A stretch of 64,000 bases of DNA, from assembly GCA_964540055.1 (NCBI GenBank), contig CAZILC010000001.1, forward strand, positions 40,045-104,044, read 5' to 3'. This DNA is from an uncultured Gammaproteobacteria bacterium (GTDB lineage Bacteria > Patescibacteriota > Microgenomatia > Levybacterales > UBA12049). The notes beneath the pieces are model-generated. The model had not been told where the DNA came from. It saw only the letters and a list, made by a program, of their open reading frames with translations, and ran no database searches. Made by a program: the position numbers and the translations under genes. Below, one piece after another: positions 53,682 through 61,664 of the stretch. The first letter of the stretch is position 1, and every line of letters starts with the position of its first letter.

Positions 53682-54257
53682 ATGATTCAGAATTTATCAA
53701 CCGCTGCCAGCACATTTCGTCCTAATTGGAAACTATTACAACCCGAAGTACAAAAATACTTTGTTGAAAATATGTTTTCTCTGGCTATAACTCAGAAAAG
53801 GACGAGTACCAAAATAACTATGGACGTACTTTATAATCAATTAAATACAGCTGAAATTCCCTATGTAATCGAACTCTTGGAAGAAAATTTGCCGTCTGTT
53901 CTTTTGACAAAATGCTATAACGACATGGGACTTCCCTTTGATGTTGAAGTCCGCAATACAGAACTCGGTCATCTTTTTGAGCACATCCTTCTTGAATATC
54001 TCTGCCAACACAAAATCGCAAAAGGAGCGCGAGCAGCAACATATGCCGGAAGGACCCGGTGGAACTGGAACCGTGATCCGCTTGGCCGCTTTCACATCCA
54101 TCTAACGTGCGGTAAAAAAGATTCCGATATTTTGCCGCCCGCGCTTGAGAAATCTGTAAGTCTTATGAAATTACTTCTCGGGTATAACAAACCTTTATTT
54201 GTGACAGATGTCAATCTCACTGCGAATGGATTAAAGAATGGAGAAAGGAGGTGTTAA
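53682..54257 (+). CDS. hypothetical protein (contains an HxxEH motif)
   Basis: 191 aa. ELGHLFEHILLEY contains HLFEH. No family recognised with confidence. Confidence 0.45.
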   Translation: MIQNLSTAASTFRPNWKLLQPEVQKYFVENMFSLAITQKRTSTKITMDVLYNQLNTAEIPYVIELLEENLPSVLLTKCYNDMGLPFDVEVRNTELGHLFEHILLEYLCQHKIAKGARAATYAGRTRWNWNRDPLGRFHIHLTCGKKDSDILPPALEKSVSLMKLLLGYNKPLFVTDVNLTANGLKNGERRC

Positions 54258-54262
54258 TGATG

Positions 54263-55255
54263 TTACTTAAATTTCCTAAAGAGATTATAGATATGCTTTT
54301 TGCTTTGTTCAGTAACTTTAACGACGACAATGCCTACGTCAAACTGCCCGTAGAGCACAATACTTTGGAGTGGAGCAAAGAGTATCGCCGGAATCGCCAG
54401 TAAATCTTCTTCTCCTGAGACGACTATCAGTTGCTCTGCGTGCGTCGTTTCAAAATCTGAAATCGCTTCCTTTATAGTTTTCGCTGCATCATAGGAAATT
54501 GTTCCGGGAGCATTATGAGTAGCTCTTTTATATAAATTATCAAAAGAAACGGCGTGATCTTTGTCTAACAGATGCCTGCGTGTTCGTCCGTCGATGATAG
54601 TGATATCGGCTGTTCTTCCTGCCTGTGCAGCCGATAGCGACACAATATCACCGACTGTAATCAACATAGATTGCGAATCTAAGGACCCGAGGAGAGTTTG
54701 CATATCTGTTGCAATAGACCCGATGGGAGTCTGGAGTTCTGCGCGAAGAGAGTCAGGGAGTACAAACTCCAATTGACCCTCAAACACTTTCGCGTAGGAC
54801 TTCCCTTCCCGATTAGTTACACCTCGACGAATCCGCTCAGAAGAAATAATCTCATTATCATCACCTATTACAAATGGTACCGTAATAATCTCAAGTTTTT
54901 TGAAACTTTTTTTCTCACGCTCTTCATTTATTTTTTCTGCATTCAATTTGGTTTTTTCCGTAACAAAAATAGCATCAATATGTTCATCATCCAAACTATT
55001 GCCAAAAATATCGTGAATTGGGATAATCTTTGATCGTCTAGTCAAACCATGGGTAACCAGAAAAACTGAGACTGCATGTTCACGGGTTTTATAATCTTCA
55101 ATTAACTTCGCGAAATTTTTATCTTTAAACAATGCATCAGTCGCGATACCTATCGTGACATGTTCAGATTGTTCAAAGGCAGCAGTCAATAACGCTTGAT
55201 GTCCTACATGAAATCGATCAAAAGTTCCCCCGACAATTGCATTTTTAAACTTCAT
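54263..55255 (-). CDS. fusion of archaeal/eukaryotic-type phosphopantetheine adenylyltransferase (cytidylyltransferase fold) and DUF359 (GTP-dependent dephospho-CoA kinase-like)
   Basis: Start at ATG 55255 (MKFKNAIVGGTFDRFHVGHQALL, i.e. GxFxxxHxGH). The C-terminal half carries the DUF359 hallmarks ITVGDIVS, ITIIDGRTRR, VSGEEDLLAIPAILFAP...VLYGQFDVGIVVVKV. Confidence 0.7.
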   Translation of the reverse strand: MKFKNAIVGGTFDRFHVGHQALLTAAFEQSEHVTIGIATDALFKDKNFAKLIEDYKTREHAVSVFLVTHGLTRRSKIIPIHDIFGNSLDDEHIDAIFVTEKTKLNAEKINEEREKKSFKKLEIITVPFVIGDDNEIISSERIRRGVTNREGKSYAKVFEGQLEFVLPDSLRAELQTPIGSIATDMQTLLGSLDSQSMLITVGDIVSLSAAQAGRTADITIIDGRTRRHLLDKDHAVSFDNLYKRATHNAPGTISYDAAKTIKEAISDFETTHAEQLIVVSGEEDLLAIPAILFAPLQSIVLYGQFDVGIVVVKVTEQSKKHIYNLFRKFK

Positions 55256-55262
55256 AATCCAA

Positions 55263-55291
55263 AGTATACTGGGAAGGTTTGGAATCCGCAA
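55263..55291 (-). promoter_or_regulatory. promoter: TTGCGG-17-TATACT, with the ATG 7 nt downstream
   Basis: Minus-strand read: TTGCGG (55291..55286), TATACT (55268..55263), ttggatt, ATG (55255). Confidence 0.55.
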
Positions 55292-55322
55292 CTGGAATGA
55301 ATTCATTTTTCTATTGATTTGT

Positions 55323-55331
55323 TGCTATAAT
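55323..55331 (+). promoter_or_regulatory. extended -10 promoter TGcTATAAT, with the ATG 6 nt downstream
   Basis: TG at 55323..55324, TATAAT at 55326..55331, cccgat, ATG at 55338. Confidence 0.55.
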
Positions 55332-55337
55332 CCCGAT

Positions 55338-55859
55338 ATGTTAAGCGAGGCTTCACAATATCAAAAAGATTTAGGTGTTACAAAAGCTATTGTAAAAAAA
55401 ATAGGTATCGAATCAAACCTTTCAAATAATACTATCTCACAAGCGGTTGAGGCAATAGACTTTCAAGCAGAGATATCTCCAGGTTCTACAAGGGTTTTTG
55501 AACTAGGTACGGCAAGAGTAAGATTTAGGCCTGCGGAATATGGTAGAGCGATAACTGTCTTTGATAGTATTGCCCGACCTAACGGAGTAGAGCTAAAAAA
55601 TCACTATAGAGTAGTAAAAGAACTTGAAGATAGACTACCTCGACGAGAAAGCAAATTAGAGGTAAGGCGCGAGCAAACCTTAGATAAACAGGCTTCTGAC
55701 GAAATTACTTTTCGTCCGCAATTTCTGATTCCTGCTATAGTTTGTGGCTATTATGCCTGGCAAGCAATAAAAGAAAAAGATTACGCCTCGGCTTATTTTT
55801 GGGGATCGACAGCTATTGCGAATTTAGTTGGAGTATTTGTACCAATCGAAGATGATTAA
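55338..55859 (+). CDS. hypothetical protein (ORFan E), C-terminal membrane hairpin
   Basis: Start moved from TTG 55314 to ATG 55338 on promoter geometry. 173 aa. Two C-terminal hydrophobic helices (FLIPAIVCGYYAWQAI, WGSTAIANLVGVFVPI). Confidence 0.5.
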   Translation: MLSEASQYQKDLGVTKAIVKKIGIESNLSNNTISQAVEAIDFQAEISPGSTRVFELGTARVRFRPAEYGRAITVFDSIARPNGVELKNHYRVVKELEDRLPRRESKLEVRREQTLDKQASDEITFRPQFLIPAIVCGYYAWQAIKEKDYASAYFWGSTAIANLVGVFVPIEDD

Positions 55860-55866
55860 TAAAGAA

Positions 55867-56265
55867 CTAATAAAAAATTTTGGAAAGATAATAGAATAAA
55901 ACTCCCGCAAATCCCCAAAAAGGTACAGTCAAAAAACTTGTATTTCCATTAAGAGAAAATCTATGATAGGTCCATAATTTTTGACCCACAATTGCTTCAT
56001 ACGCAAATCCTATGCTCCATTCTCCTATTGGCCCTAAAATGGCAAAAAGAAGAAAAATCCGTAAAGCATCAAGTCCGACAAAATAAGTACTCATAACTAC
56101 TCCCACTAAGGGAAACAATATGAGATACACGTATCTGATAAAAGCAAAATGCCGACGAACTGAAGGCTTTTTATGCTTGAAATACATGCGGGCAAATATT
56201 CCTTCAAAAAAGATCCCGGTGAGGATTAGTAATAAGAGAAAAACTGCTTCCTGTTCAAGGCGCAT
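55867..56265 (-). CDS. small integral membrane protein (4 TM), unassigned
   Basis: 132 aa. Weak resemblance to the DUF1113 / putative ABC-transporter type IV family. Confidence 0.5.
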   Translation of the reverse strand: MRLEQEAVFLLLLILTGIFFEGIFARMYFKHKKPSVRRHFAFIRYVYLILFPLVGVVMSTYFVGLDALRIFLLFAILGPIGEWSIGFAYEAIVGQKLWTYHRFSLNGNTSFLTVPFWGFAGVLFYYLSKIFY

Positions 56266-56271
56266 ATAAAA

Positions 56272-56300
56272 AGTATAAAATGCATAAGCAAAAGAAGCAA
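56272..56300 (-). promoter_or_regulatory. promoter: TTGCTT-17-TATACT, with the ATG 6 nt downstream
   Basis: Minus-strand read: TTGCTT (56300..56295), TATACT (56277..56272), ttttat, ATG (56265). Confidence 0.55.
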
Positions 56301-56394
56301 CAGTGAGGCTGTTGTATAATGACTCTCATCGCCAAACCTGAAAGTAATTATCTTACGACCACAAGAATCATTATAATCACAATTTATTCTGTAG

Positions 56395-56400
56395 TATAAT
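56395..56400 (+). promoter_or_regulatory. -10 box TATAAT, 6 nt upstream of ATG 56407
   Basis: ctgtagTATAATtaccttATG. Confidence 0.45.
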
Positions 56401-56406
56401 TACCTT

Positions 56407-56733
56407 ATGGCGTTACCGGAACATGGCGGGGTAAGTGGTGATGTGCGACATCTTATCGATTCTGCATTTACGACCCAAGCTCCTAGAGTAATAAAATATA
56501 CTGATGAGACAGTCGCTGGTGCTCATCAAAGAAGAGTTCATGATCGAAGAGTTGCAGGTGTAGAAACTGTTGTTTATCCACCTCCTCAACAAATCTATCG
56601 CCTACGAGATCATCTACAAGAGTTAGGAGTGTCTTTAGTAGATTTTGCAACAGTCGCTACACTTTATACTATTAGTGGTTTTGCAAACAGACTGCGTACA
56701 CAAAATCCCAAAAATAACCATCAAAAAAAATAA
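56407..56733 (+). CDS. hypothetical protein (ORFan F)
   Basis: 108 aa. C-terminal hydrophobic segment LVDFATVATLYTISGF. Its stop codon abuts the uppS stop with no gap. Confidence 0.45.
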   Translation: MALPEHGGVSGDVRHLIDSAFTTQAPRVIKYTDETVAGAHQRRVHDRRVAGVETVVYPPPQQIYRLRDHLQELGVSLVDFATVATLYTISGFANRLRTQNPKNNHQKK

Positions 56734-57423
56734 TTACTTCCCAAACCTTCTTTCCCTATTTTCAAACTCCTCAATCGCCTTATCAAATCCGTTCACCCCA
56801 AAATCCGGCCAATAGGTGTCAGTGAAATATAATTCGCTGTAGACACTTTGCCAAGGAAGATAGCCACTCAATCGTACTGATCCACCCGTGCGGATTATCA
56901 AGTCAGGATCCGGCTGACCTGCTGTGTATAAATATTTTTCAAACTCAACTTCAGAAATTTCAGATTCCTTTACAGTATTTGAAACAATTTGCTTAACCGC
57001 ATGCAAAATTTCTTCCCTTCCTCCATAATTCAAAGCAATATTTATCTGAATTCCTGTATTATTTTTTGATTTTTCAATGGCTTCACCTATCATTTTTTGA
57101 ATATCCTCAGGAAAAGCCCTAATATTTCCCAACACACAAATTTTGCCTCCCTTTTTGAGCAATTTATCAAACAATTTTCCTTTGAAAATTTTACGGAATA
57201 AATTTAATAAATAACTAACTTCATCCTCGTTTCTTTTCCAATTTTCAGTTGAAAATGCCCAGAAAGTAATATATCGGATACCCAAATCTTGTGCGCGTGT
57301 CACAATTTTTTCAATTTGCTGATATCCCTTTTGATGTCCTGCAAAAGCCGGAAGATTTCTCTTTCTCGCCCAACGGCGATTCCCATCCATAATTAGTGCG
57401 ACATGCTGTAACATACATTTCAA
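56734..57423 (-). CDS. uppS: undecaprenyl-diphosphate synthase (cis-prenyltransferase)
   Basis: HVALIMDGNRRWA, FSTENWKR, ...RTGG..RLSG/N motifs. Confidence 0.9.
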   Translation of the reverse strand: MKCMLQHVALIMDGNRRWARKRNLPAFAGHQKGYQQIEKIVTRAQDLGIRYITFWAFSTENWKRNEDEVSYLLNLFRKIFKGKLFDKLLKKGGKICVLGNIRAFPEDIQKMIGEAIEKSKNNTGIQINIALNYGGREEILHAVKQIVSNTVKESEISEVEFEKYLYTAGQPDPDLIIRTGGSVRLSGYLPWQSVYSELYFTDTYWPDFGVNGFDKAIEEFENRERRFGK

Positions 57424-57426
57424 ATA

Positions 57427-57948
57427 TCAAAATGTTAAAACTTTTTTTAATTCCTCAACCTGCCATTTACACCAGAGCGAATATCTATCCGGATCATCCT
57501 TCAAACGAGTGAGAAACTCTTCCCATTCAACCCACTCATATACTTCAACTTCTTTCGAATTTGGCTTTGGATCTTTTGAAACTACAGCTGTGTAAACAGG
57601 ACAAATCTCATTCTCAACAATGCCATTCATTTCAGCTCGATATCGGTACTTTGGTAAAACCACTTTAATTTTCTCAGGAGTCAAACCAAGTTCGAATTGC
57701 AAACGTCTTTTTATCGCATCCTCTGTTGTCTCCCCCGGACCAGGATGACCACAGCAGGTGTTGGTCCAAACACCCGGGAAAACTTTTTTACTCAAAGCAC
57801 GCTGCGTGAGTAGAAACTTCCCTTCTTTATTAAAAACGTAAACTGAAAACGCCCGGTGCAATGGCGTGCGAGCATTATGCGCTTCCGTTTTCTCCATCGT
57901 ACCGATCTGTTCATTGTTATGATTAACTAAGACTACTAATTCCTGCAT
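57427..57948 (-). CDS. idi: isopentenyl-diphosphate delta-isomerase, type 1
   Basis: 173 aa Nudix fold. LHRAFSVYVFN, WTNTCCGHPGPGE (catalytic Cys) and ENEICPVY (catalytic Glu region). Confidence 0.85.
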   Translation of the reverse strand: MQELVVLVNHNNEQIGTMEKTEAHNARTPLHRAFSVYVFNKEGKFLLTQRALSKKVFPGVWTNTCCGHPGPGETTEDAIKRRLQFELGLTPEKIKVVLPKYRYRAEMNGIVENEICPVYTAVVSKDPKPNSKEVEVYEWVEWEEFLTRLKDDPDRYSLWCKWQVEELKKVLTF

Positions 57949-57949
57949 A

Positions 57950-58927
57950 TTAAAATAGATGTTTTCCCACCAATCGTGTTCCTCTACACGGATAATTCAT
58001 TATAATTTGTTTTACTTCTTTGATCTCTGATACATTTTTCATCACCTTTGGAAAATCATTCTTTTTACATAAAAGATGAATATCTTGACCCGTATTCATT
58101 GTAAAGTAAACCTGCAAACCTTCACTTCGCCATTTTTTAACAGCAAGCATTACACGAACTGTTCCTGGCAGCCAGTAAATAAGTGACGGTATTGATGTGA
58201 GCATAATTGCATGTAACTCCAACGCTTCCGCCTCTACAAGTTCTCCAAATGCCGGAAAATCTTTTTGCTTCATGAATTTTTTTGCCAACGTAATCTTTTG
58301 CTGTATGTGCGAGCGCCTCACCTGAAAAAAAGGACTTGATGAAGCTTTCTTCATACCCTCACTTGTTGCGATATCTTTGGGGCCGACATTTGTTACCGCA
58401 ATGACATCAACAATATCCCAATACTCAGGTTCGTATAAAGAAACTGCGTACGAGGATTCACTTGTATCGCCATCGAGCCATTCGACAAATCCATTGGGAA
58501 TTGACCGACAAGCAGAACCTGATCCCTGTCTAGCCAGGATGCTCAATGCTTTTTCAGAAAGCTTTAAACCTGCAGCTGCTGCTCCTGCTACAGTAAGAGC
58601 AGCAAAACCGGACGCAGAAGAAGAAAGACCCGTTCCAGTCGGGAAATTATTTTCTGTTACGATTTTTACTTTTTTTTTAATTTTTGCAATTTTTCTAATC
58701 CTGTCAATATGTTTGATCGCCCGGTTATTTTCAAAAGCTTCTTTTTTACCGTTTAACAGTATCGAATCGTCTTGTAACGATTCGTCAAATGCAACCGTTG
58801 TCGTGGTAAGCAGGTTGCTTAAATTCATTGAGATGCTGCCGTTCTCGGGAAGCCTCAAAACTTCATCCTTTTTACCCCAATATTTAATAAACGCAATATT
58901 TGATGGCGCTATTGCTGTTGCTTTCAT
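57950..58927 (-). CDS. mvaD: diphosphomevalonate decarboxylase
   Basis: APSNIAFIKYWGKKD, NGSISMNL, FPTGTGLSSSASGFAAL motifs. Confidence 0.85.
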   Translation of the reverse strand: MKATAIAPSNIAFIKYWGKKDEVLRLPENGSISMNLSNLLTTTTVAFDESLQDDSILLNGKKEAFENNRAIKHIDRIRKIAKIKKKVKIVTENNFPTGTGLSSSASGFAALTVAGAAAAGLKLSEKALSILARQGSGSACRSIPNGFVEWLDGDTSESSYAVSLYEPEYWDIVDVIAVTNVGPKDIATSEGMKKASSSPFFQVRRSHIQQKITLAKKFMKQKDFPAFGELVEAEALELHAIMLTSIPSLIYWLPGTVRVMLAVKKWRSEGLQVYFTMNTGQDIHLLCKKNDFPKVMKNVSEIKEVKQIIMNYPCRGTRLVGKHLF

Positions 58928-59418
58928 AATACTCCTACTAACTTTAAAGCTTCTCGGGCAAACATACTTAATGGCACTCCATTTTTTATAATCTCACGTT
59001 TTTTCATAAAAATTGCCTCATCAATTTCTTCTTTGTTAATTGTAAAAGCACCGTTATAAGTTGCTTTGAAAATACAATCATATTCTGTTTCTTTAGGAAA
59101 ACGAATCATCAATTTTTTAACAAATGTTAACTCGGTAGTAATACCTATTTCTTCTAGCATTTCTCGTTGAGCCGCCTGGATATATGACTCACCTTTTCCT
59201 ACATGACCTGAAACGGCAATATCATATTTTCCGGGATCGGTATCCTTATTCTTACTTCTTTTTTGTAAAAGAATCTCTCCTTTGTCATTAAAGATAACAA
59301 TTCCTATTGCTCTATGAATAAGTGTTTTATTGTGATGACAATCATACCTCGTCCGATACCCCAAAATAGTATCGTCCTCATCAACGACTACAAATAATTC
59401 ACTCTGTTCATCTTTCAT
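58924..59418 (-). CDS. Nudix hydrolase, IDI-paralogous but lacking the IDI catalytic Cys
   Basis: Complete Nudix box GHVGKGESYIQAAQREMLEEIGI. The segment YDIAVSGHV aligns with WTNTCCGHP of the neighbouring IDI. 4-nt overlaps on both sides. Confidence 0.75.
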   Translation of the reverse strand: MKDEQSELFVVVDEDDTILGYRTRYDCHHNKTLIHRAIGIVIFNDKGEILLQKRSKNKDTDPGKYDIAVSGHVGKGESYIQAAQREMLEEIGITTELTFVKKLMIRFPKETEYDCIFKATYNGAFTINKEEIDEAIFMKKREIIKNGVPLSMFAREALKLVGVL

Positions 59419-60389
59419 TTCTCAATTCTGACTCCTTCTGCATTTGTTTTTACGTGAATGATTTCTCCTCCTGCAACGACAATTGCTTTTTCAATTGCTT
59501 TTCTTTTATCATTCGGAGAAATCGCAATCATACAATCTCCTCCTCCAGCTCCGGACAATTTAGCACCGTATGCACCGGCATTTCGGGCCGCATGATTCAT
59601 CACCGCAAGTTTGTCTGTTTCGACACCATAAGAAGCAAGAAGGCCTTCGTTGATATTCATCATTTCTCCAAATTTTTCAAAATCTTTATTTTGCAATGCC
59701 TTTTTCCCGATCTCAACACAATCTGTGCTGACATCAAAAAGAACAGGATAAATTTGGGGATATTGCTGCAATTTCGCACCAACCATTTTAACCAAAGTAG
59801 AAGTATCTCCTTTACTTCCACTGTAGCCAACAATCAACGGGAAATTTGCAACGGAAATTGGCTTGATTACTTTGCCGCCTCCAACAAAATATAAAATGCC
59901 GCCGTAAATACCTGCTGCGATGTCAAATCCTGAACCAACTCCCTGAATATCAATAACCGTTTGATACGCAAGCTTGAATAATGACTTGTTATCCAACTTC
60001 GTGCCGGTTAATTCGGCAAGGGCTTTCATCGTACAGACAGTTGAGGCAGATGAGGAACCAAATCCGACACTTGATGAGAAAGCCGATTTTGTCTCAATCC
60101 GCAAGCCACCCATTAGTTTATATTTTTTCAGGAAATTCTTAACCGCAATTTCAACGAACTTTGCTCCTTTTGGTATATCTCCCTGACCGAGGTCTTTCAA
60201 ATCTTTTTTGTAGCCAGTTATCTTTACATCAGGAGCTTCTATTTGTAGCTCTGGAGTATCTATAATCTCTATTTGCAACTTCATCCGCTGATCAACAGCA
60301 GTTACCAAACAAGGCCTGTTATGCACGACCGCATGATCTCCCAATAACATCAACTTCCCCGGTGCTGACACAATAACATTTTTCATCAA
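59415..60389 (-). CDS. mvaK2: GHMP kinase, probable phosphomevalonate kinase
   Basis: APGKLMLLGDHAVV, GFGSSSAS, GSGFDIAAGIYGG, GAKLSGAGGGDC. Second GHMP kinase in the operon. Confidence 0.65.
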   Translation of the reverse strand: MMKNVIVSAPGKLMLLGDHAVVHNRPCLVTAVDQRMKLQIEIIDTPELQIEAPDVKITGYKKDLKDLGQGDIPKGAKFVEIAVKNFLKKYKLMGGLRIETKSAFSSSVGFGSSSASTVCTMKALAELTGTKLDNKSLFKLAYQTVIDIQGVGSGFDIAAGIYGGILYFVGGGKVIKPISVANFPLIVGYSGSKGDTSTLVKMVGAKLQQYPQIYPVLFDVSTDCVEIGKKALQNKDFEKFGEMMNINEGLLASYGVETDKLAVMNHAARNAGAYGAKLSGAGGGDCMIAISPNDKRKAIEKAIVVAGGEIIHVKTNAEGVRIEK

Positions 60390-61363
60390 TCGACTCTTAC
60401 TCCCTCACAACCAAGCTCGATGCTATCATATTCATGATCCTTCAGATAGCCAATAAGCATTCCTGTCCCTTTTGTTTTTCCTCCACCGCCACTCATCTTT
60501 GCAGCGCCCCCTGCTTTTTCAATGGCTCTTATGATCTTCTTGACTGAAGACGAAACAACACCCAAGTTTTCCAAATTTTTCTCACCTTTTTTGATGATTT
60601 CCAAAACAGCATCAGTATTATGCTGCAATGCGAATAATAAATCTTTCGCCAACGCTTCCTGCTCATCAAAAATTTTTTTCGCCTTTCTAGGATTTTGATC
60701 AATAAATTTTTTTACTAACCCAACCATTTCTCCTGTCGTTTCCTCCGGTTTTCCGGTATCAAGAAGAAAAAAGTTTTGCTTCACTTCTTCTGAAAGATCC
60801 AACGGGATCTGCTGAATAATTTTCAAATCATCCGTTTCTTTTCTAAACCATACAAACCCGCCAAAAACAGACGCGCTATTATCTCCACCGGAAGATGTCC
60901 CATGAACTAATTGTTCCGCAAGAAAGGCAATTTTGTTGATCTTTTCTTTATCAAAATTTTCTTTAAGAAAAAGAGTTATTGCTCCGACGATTGCGACTGC
61001 TATTGCCGCAGATGAACCAAGTCCCCACCCTTCAGGTATTTGATTGTTAATAACTAGTGAAAAACCTGATGAAAAATGTTTTTTATAAGAACGCAATGCT
61101 TGCTGCAAAATCAAAATCACATAATCAAGCTGTAGAGAAATTTTTGTATCTTTTGCAAGAATTTCTTCTTCAGTGATTGTTATAAAATCAGGAGTATTAT
61201 TGGCTATCAACACAATTTTTTTGTCATCCCGTTTTGTCAGTTCAACAAAACATCGTTTATCGACAGCTGCAAGGAGTGCTGGTTTACCGTATACGACCGA
61301 ATGCTCACCCATCAAATGGATCTTGCCTGGAGCAGAAACAATGATACTACTCTGCATCTTCAT
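60386..61363 (-). CDS. mvk: mevalonate kinase
   Basis: APGKIHLMGEHSVVYGKPALLAAV and GLGSSAAIAVA motifs. Confidence 0.8.
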   Translation of the reverse strand: MKMQSSIIVSAPGKIHLMGEHSVVYGKPALLAAVDKRCFVELTKRDDKKIVLIANNTPDFITITEEEILAKDTKISLQLDYVILILQQALRSYKKHFSSGFSLVINNQIPEGWGLGSSAAIAVAIVGAITLFLKENFDKEKINKIAFLAEQLVHGTSSGGDNSASVFGGFVWFRKETDDLKIIQQIPLDLSEEVKQNFFLLDTGKPEETTGEMVGLVKKFIDQNPRKAKKIFDEQEALAKDLLFALQHNTDAVLEIIKKGEKNLENLGVVSSSVKKIIRAIEKAGGAAKMSGGGGKTKGTGMLIGYLKDHEYDSIELGCEGVRVD

Positions 61364-61656
61364 AGTGGTTTTACTTTTAATCCATAAGAGATAACATCTT
61401 CGCTACCGGCTGTACCGATCCGCCGGACAACTGTCACTACCTTTTGCCCGACTTTTAACTGGTCTTCAGTAAAATCGACAACTTGTAATGTTTGCCTTTT
61501 TTCTCCAAATGATACTATCGCAACCACATATGGTACCTGCTGGGAAAAGCCTTCCGGCGCGACGAATATTTTTGTCCATACGACAATGTTGCCTGTTTTT
61601 CCAAGCTCTTTGTGTAATCCTTTTATTGTTCTCCACGATGCTATCGTATTGTTCAT
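61360..61656 (-). CDS. DUF35 OB-fold protein (thiolase/HMGCS scaffold type), no zinc ribbon
   Basis: 98 aa. GNIVVWTKIFVAPEGFSQQVPYVVAIVSFGEKRQTLQVVD...VGQKVVTVVRR...ISYGLKVKP matches the DUF35 OB-fold part. No CxxC pairs. Confidence 0.7.
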   Translation of the reverse strand: MNNTIASWRTIKGLHKELGKTGNIVVWTKIFVAPEGFSQQVPYVVAIVSFGEKRQTLQVVDFTEDQLKVGQKVVTVVRRIGTAGSEDVISYGLKVKPL

Positions 61657-61664
61657 AGTATTAA

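Noticed and set aside
58377-58991. 204-aa plus-strand ORF
   Set aside because: It is fully antisense to the diphosphomevalonate decarboxylase gene, whose motifs are unambiguous. The composition is low-complexity Ser/Leu/Phe-rich and there is no promoter or SD. It is a shadow ORF.
59454-59894. 146-aa plus-strand ORF
   Set aside because: It is antisense to the PMK-like GHMP kinase. It is a shadow ORF with no independent support.
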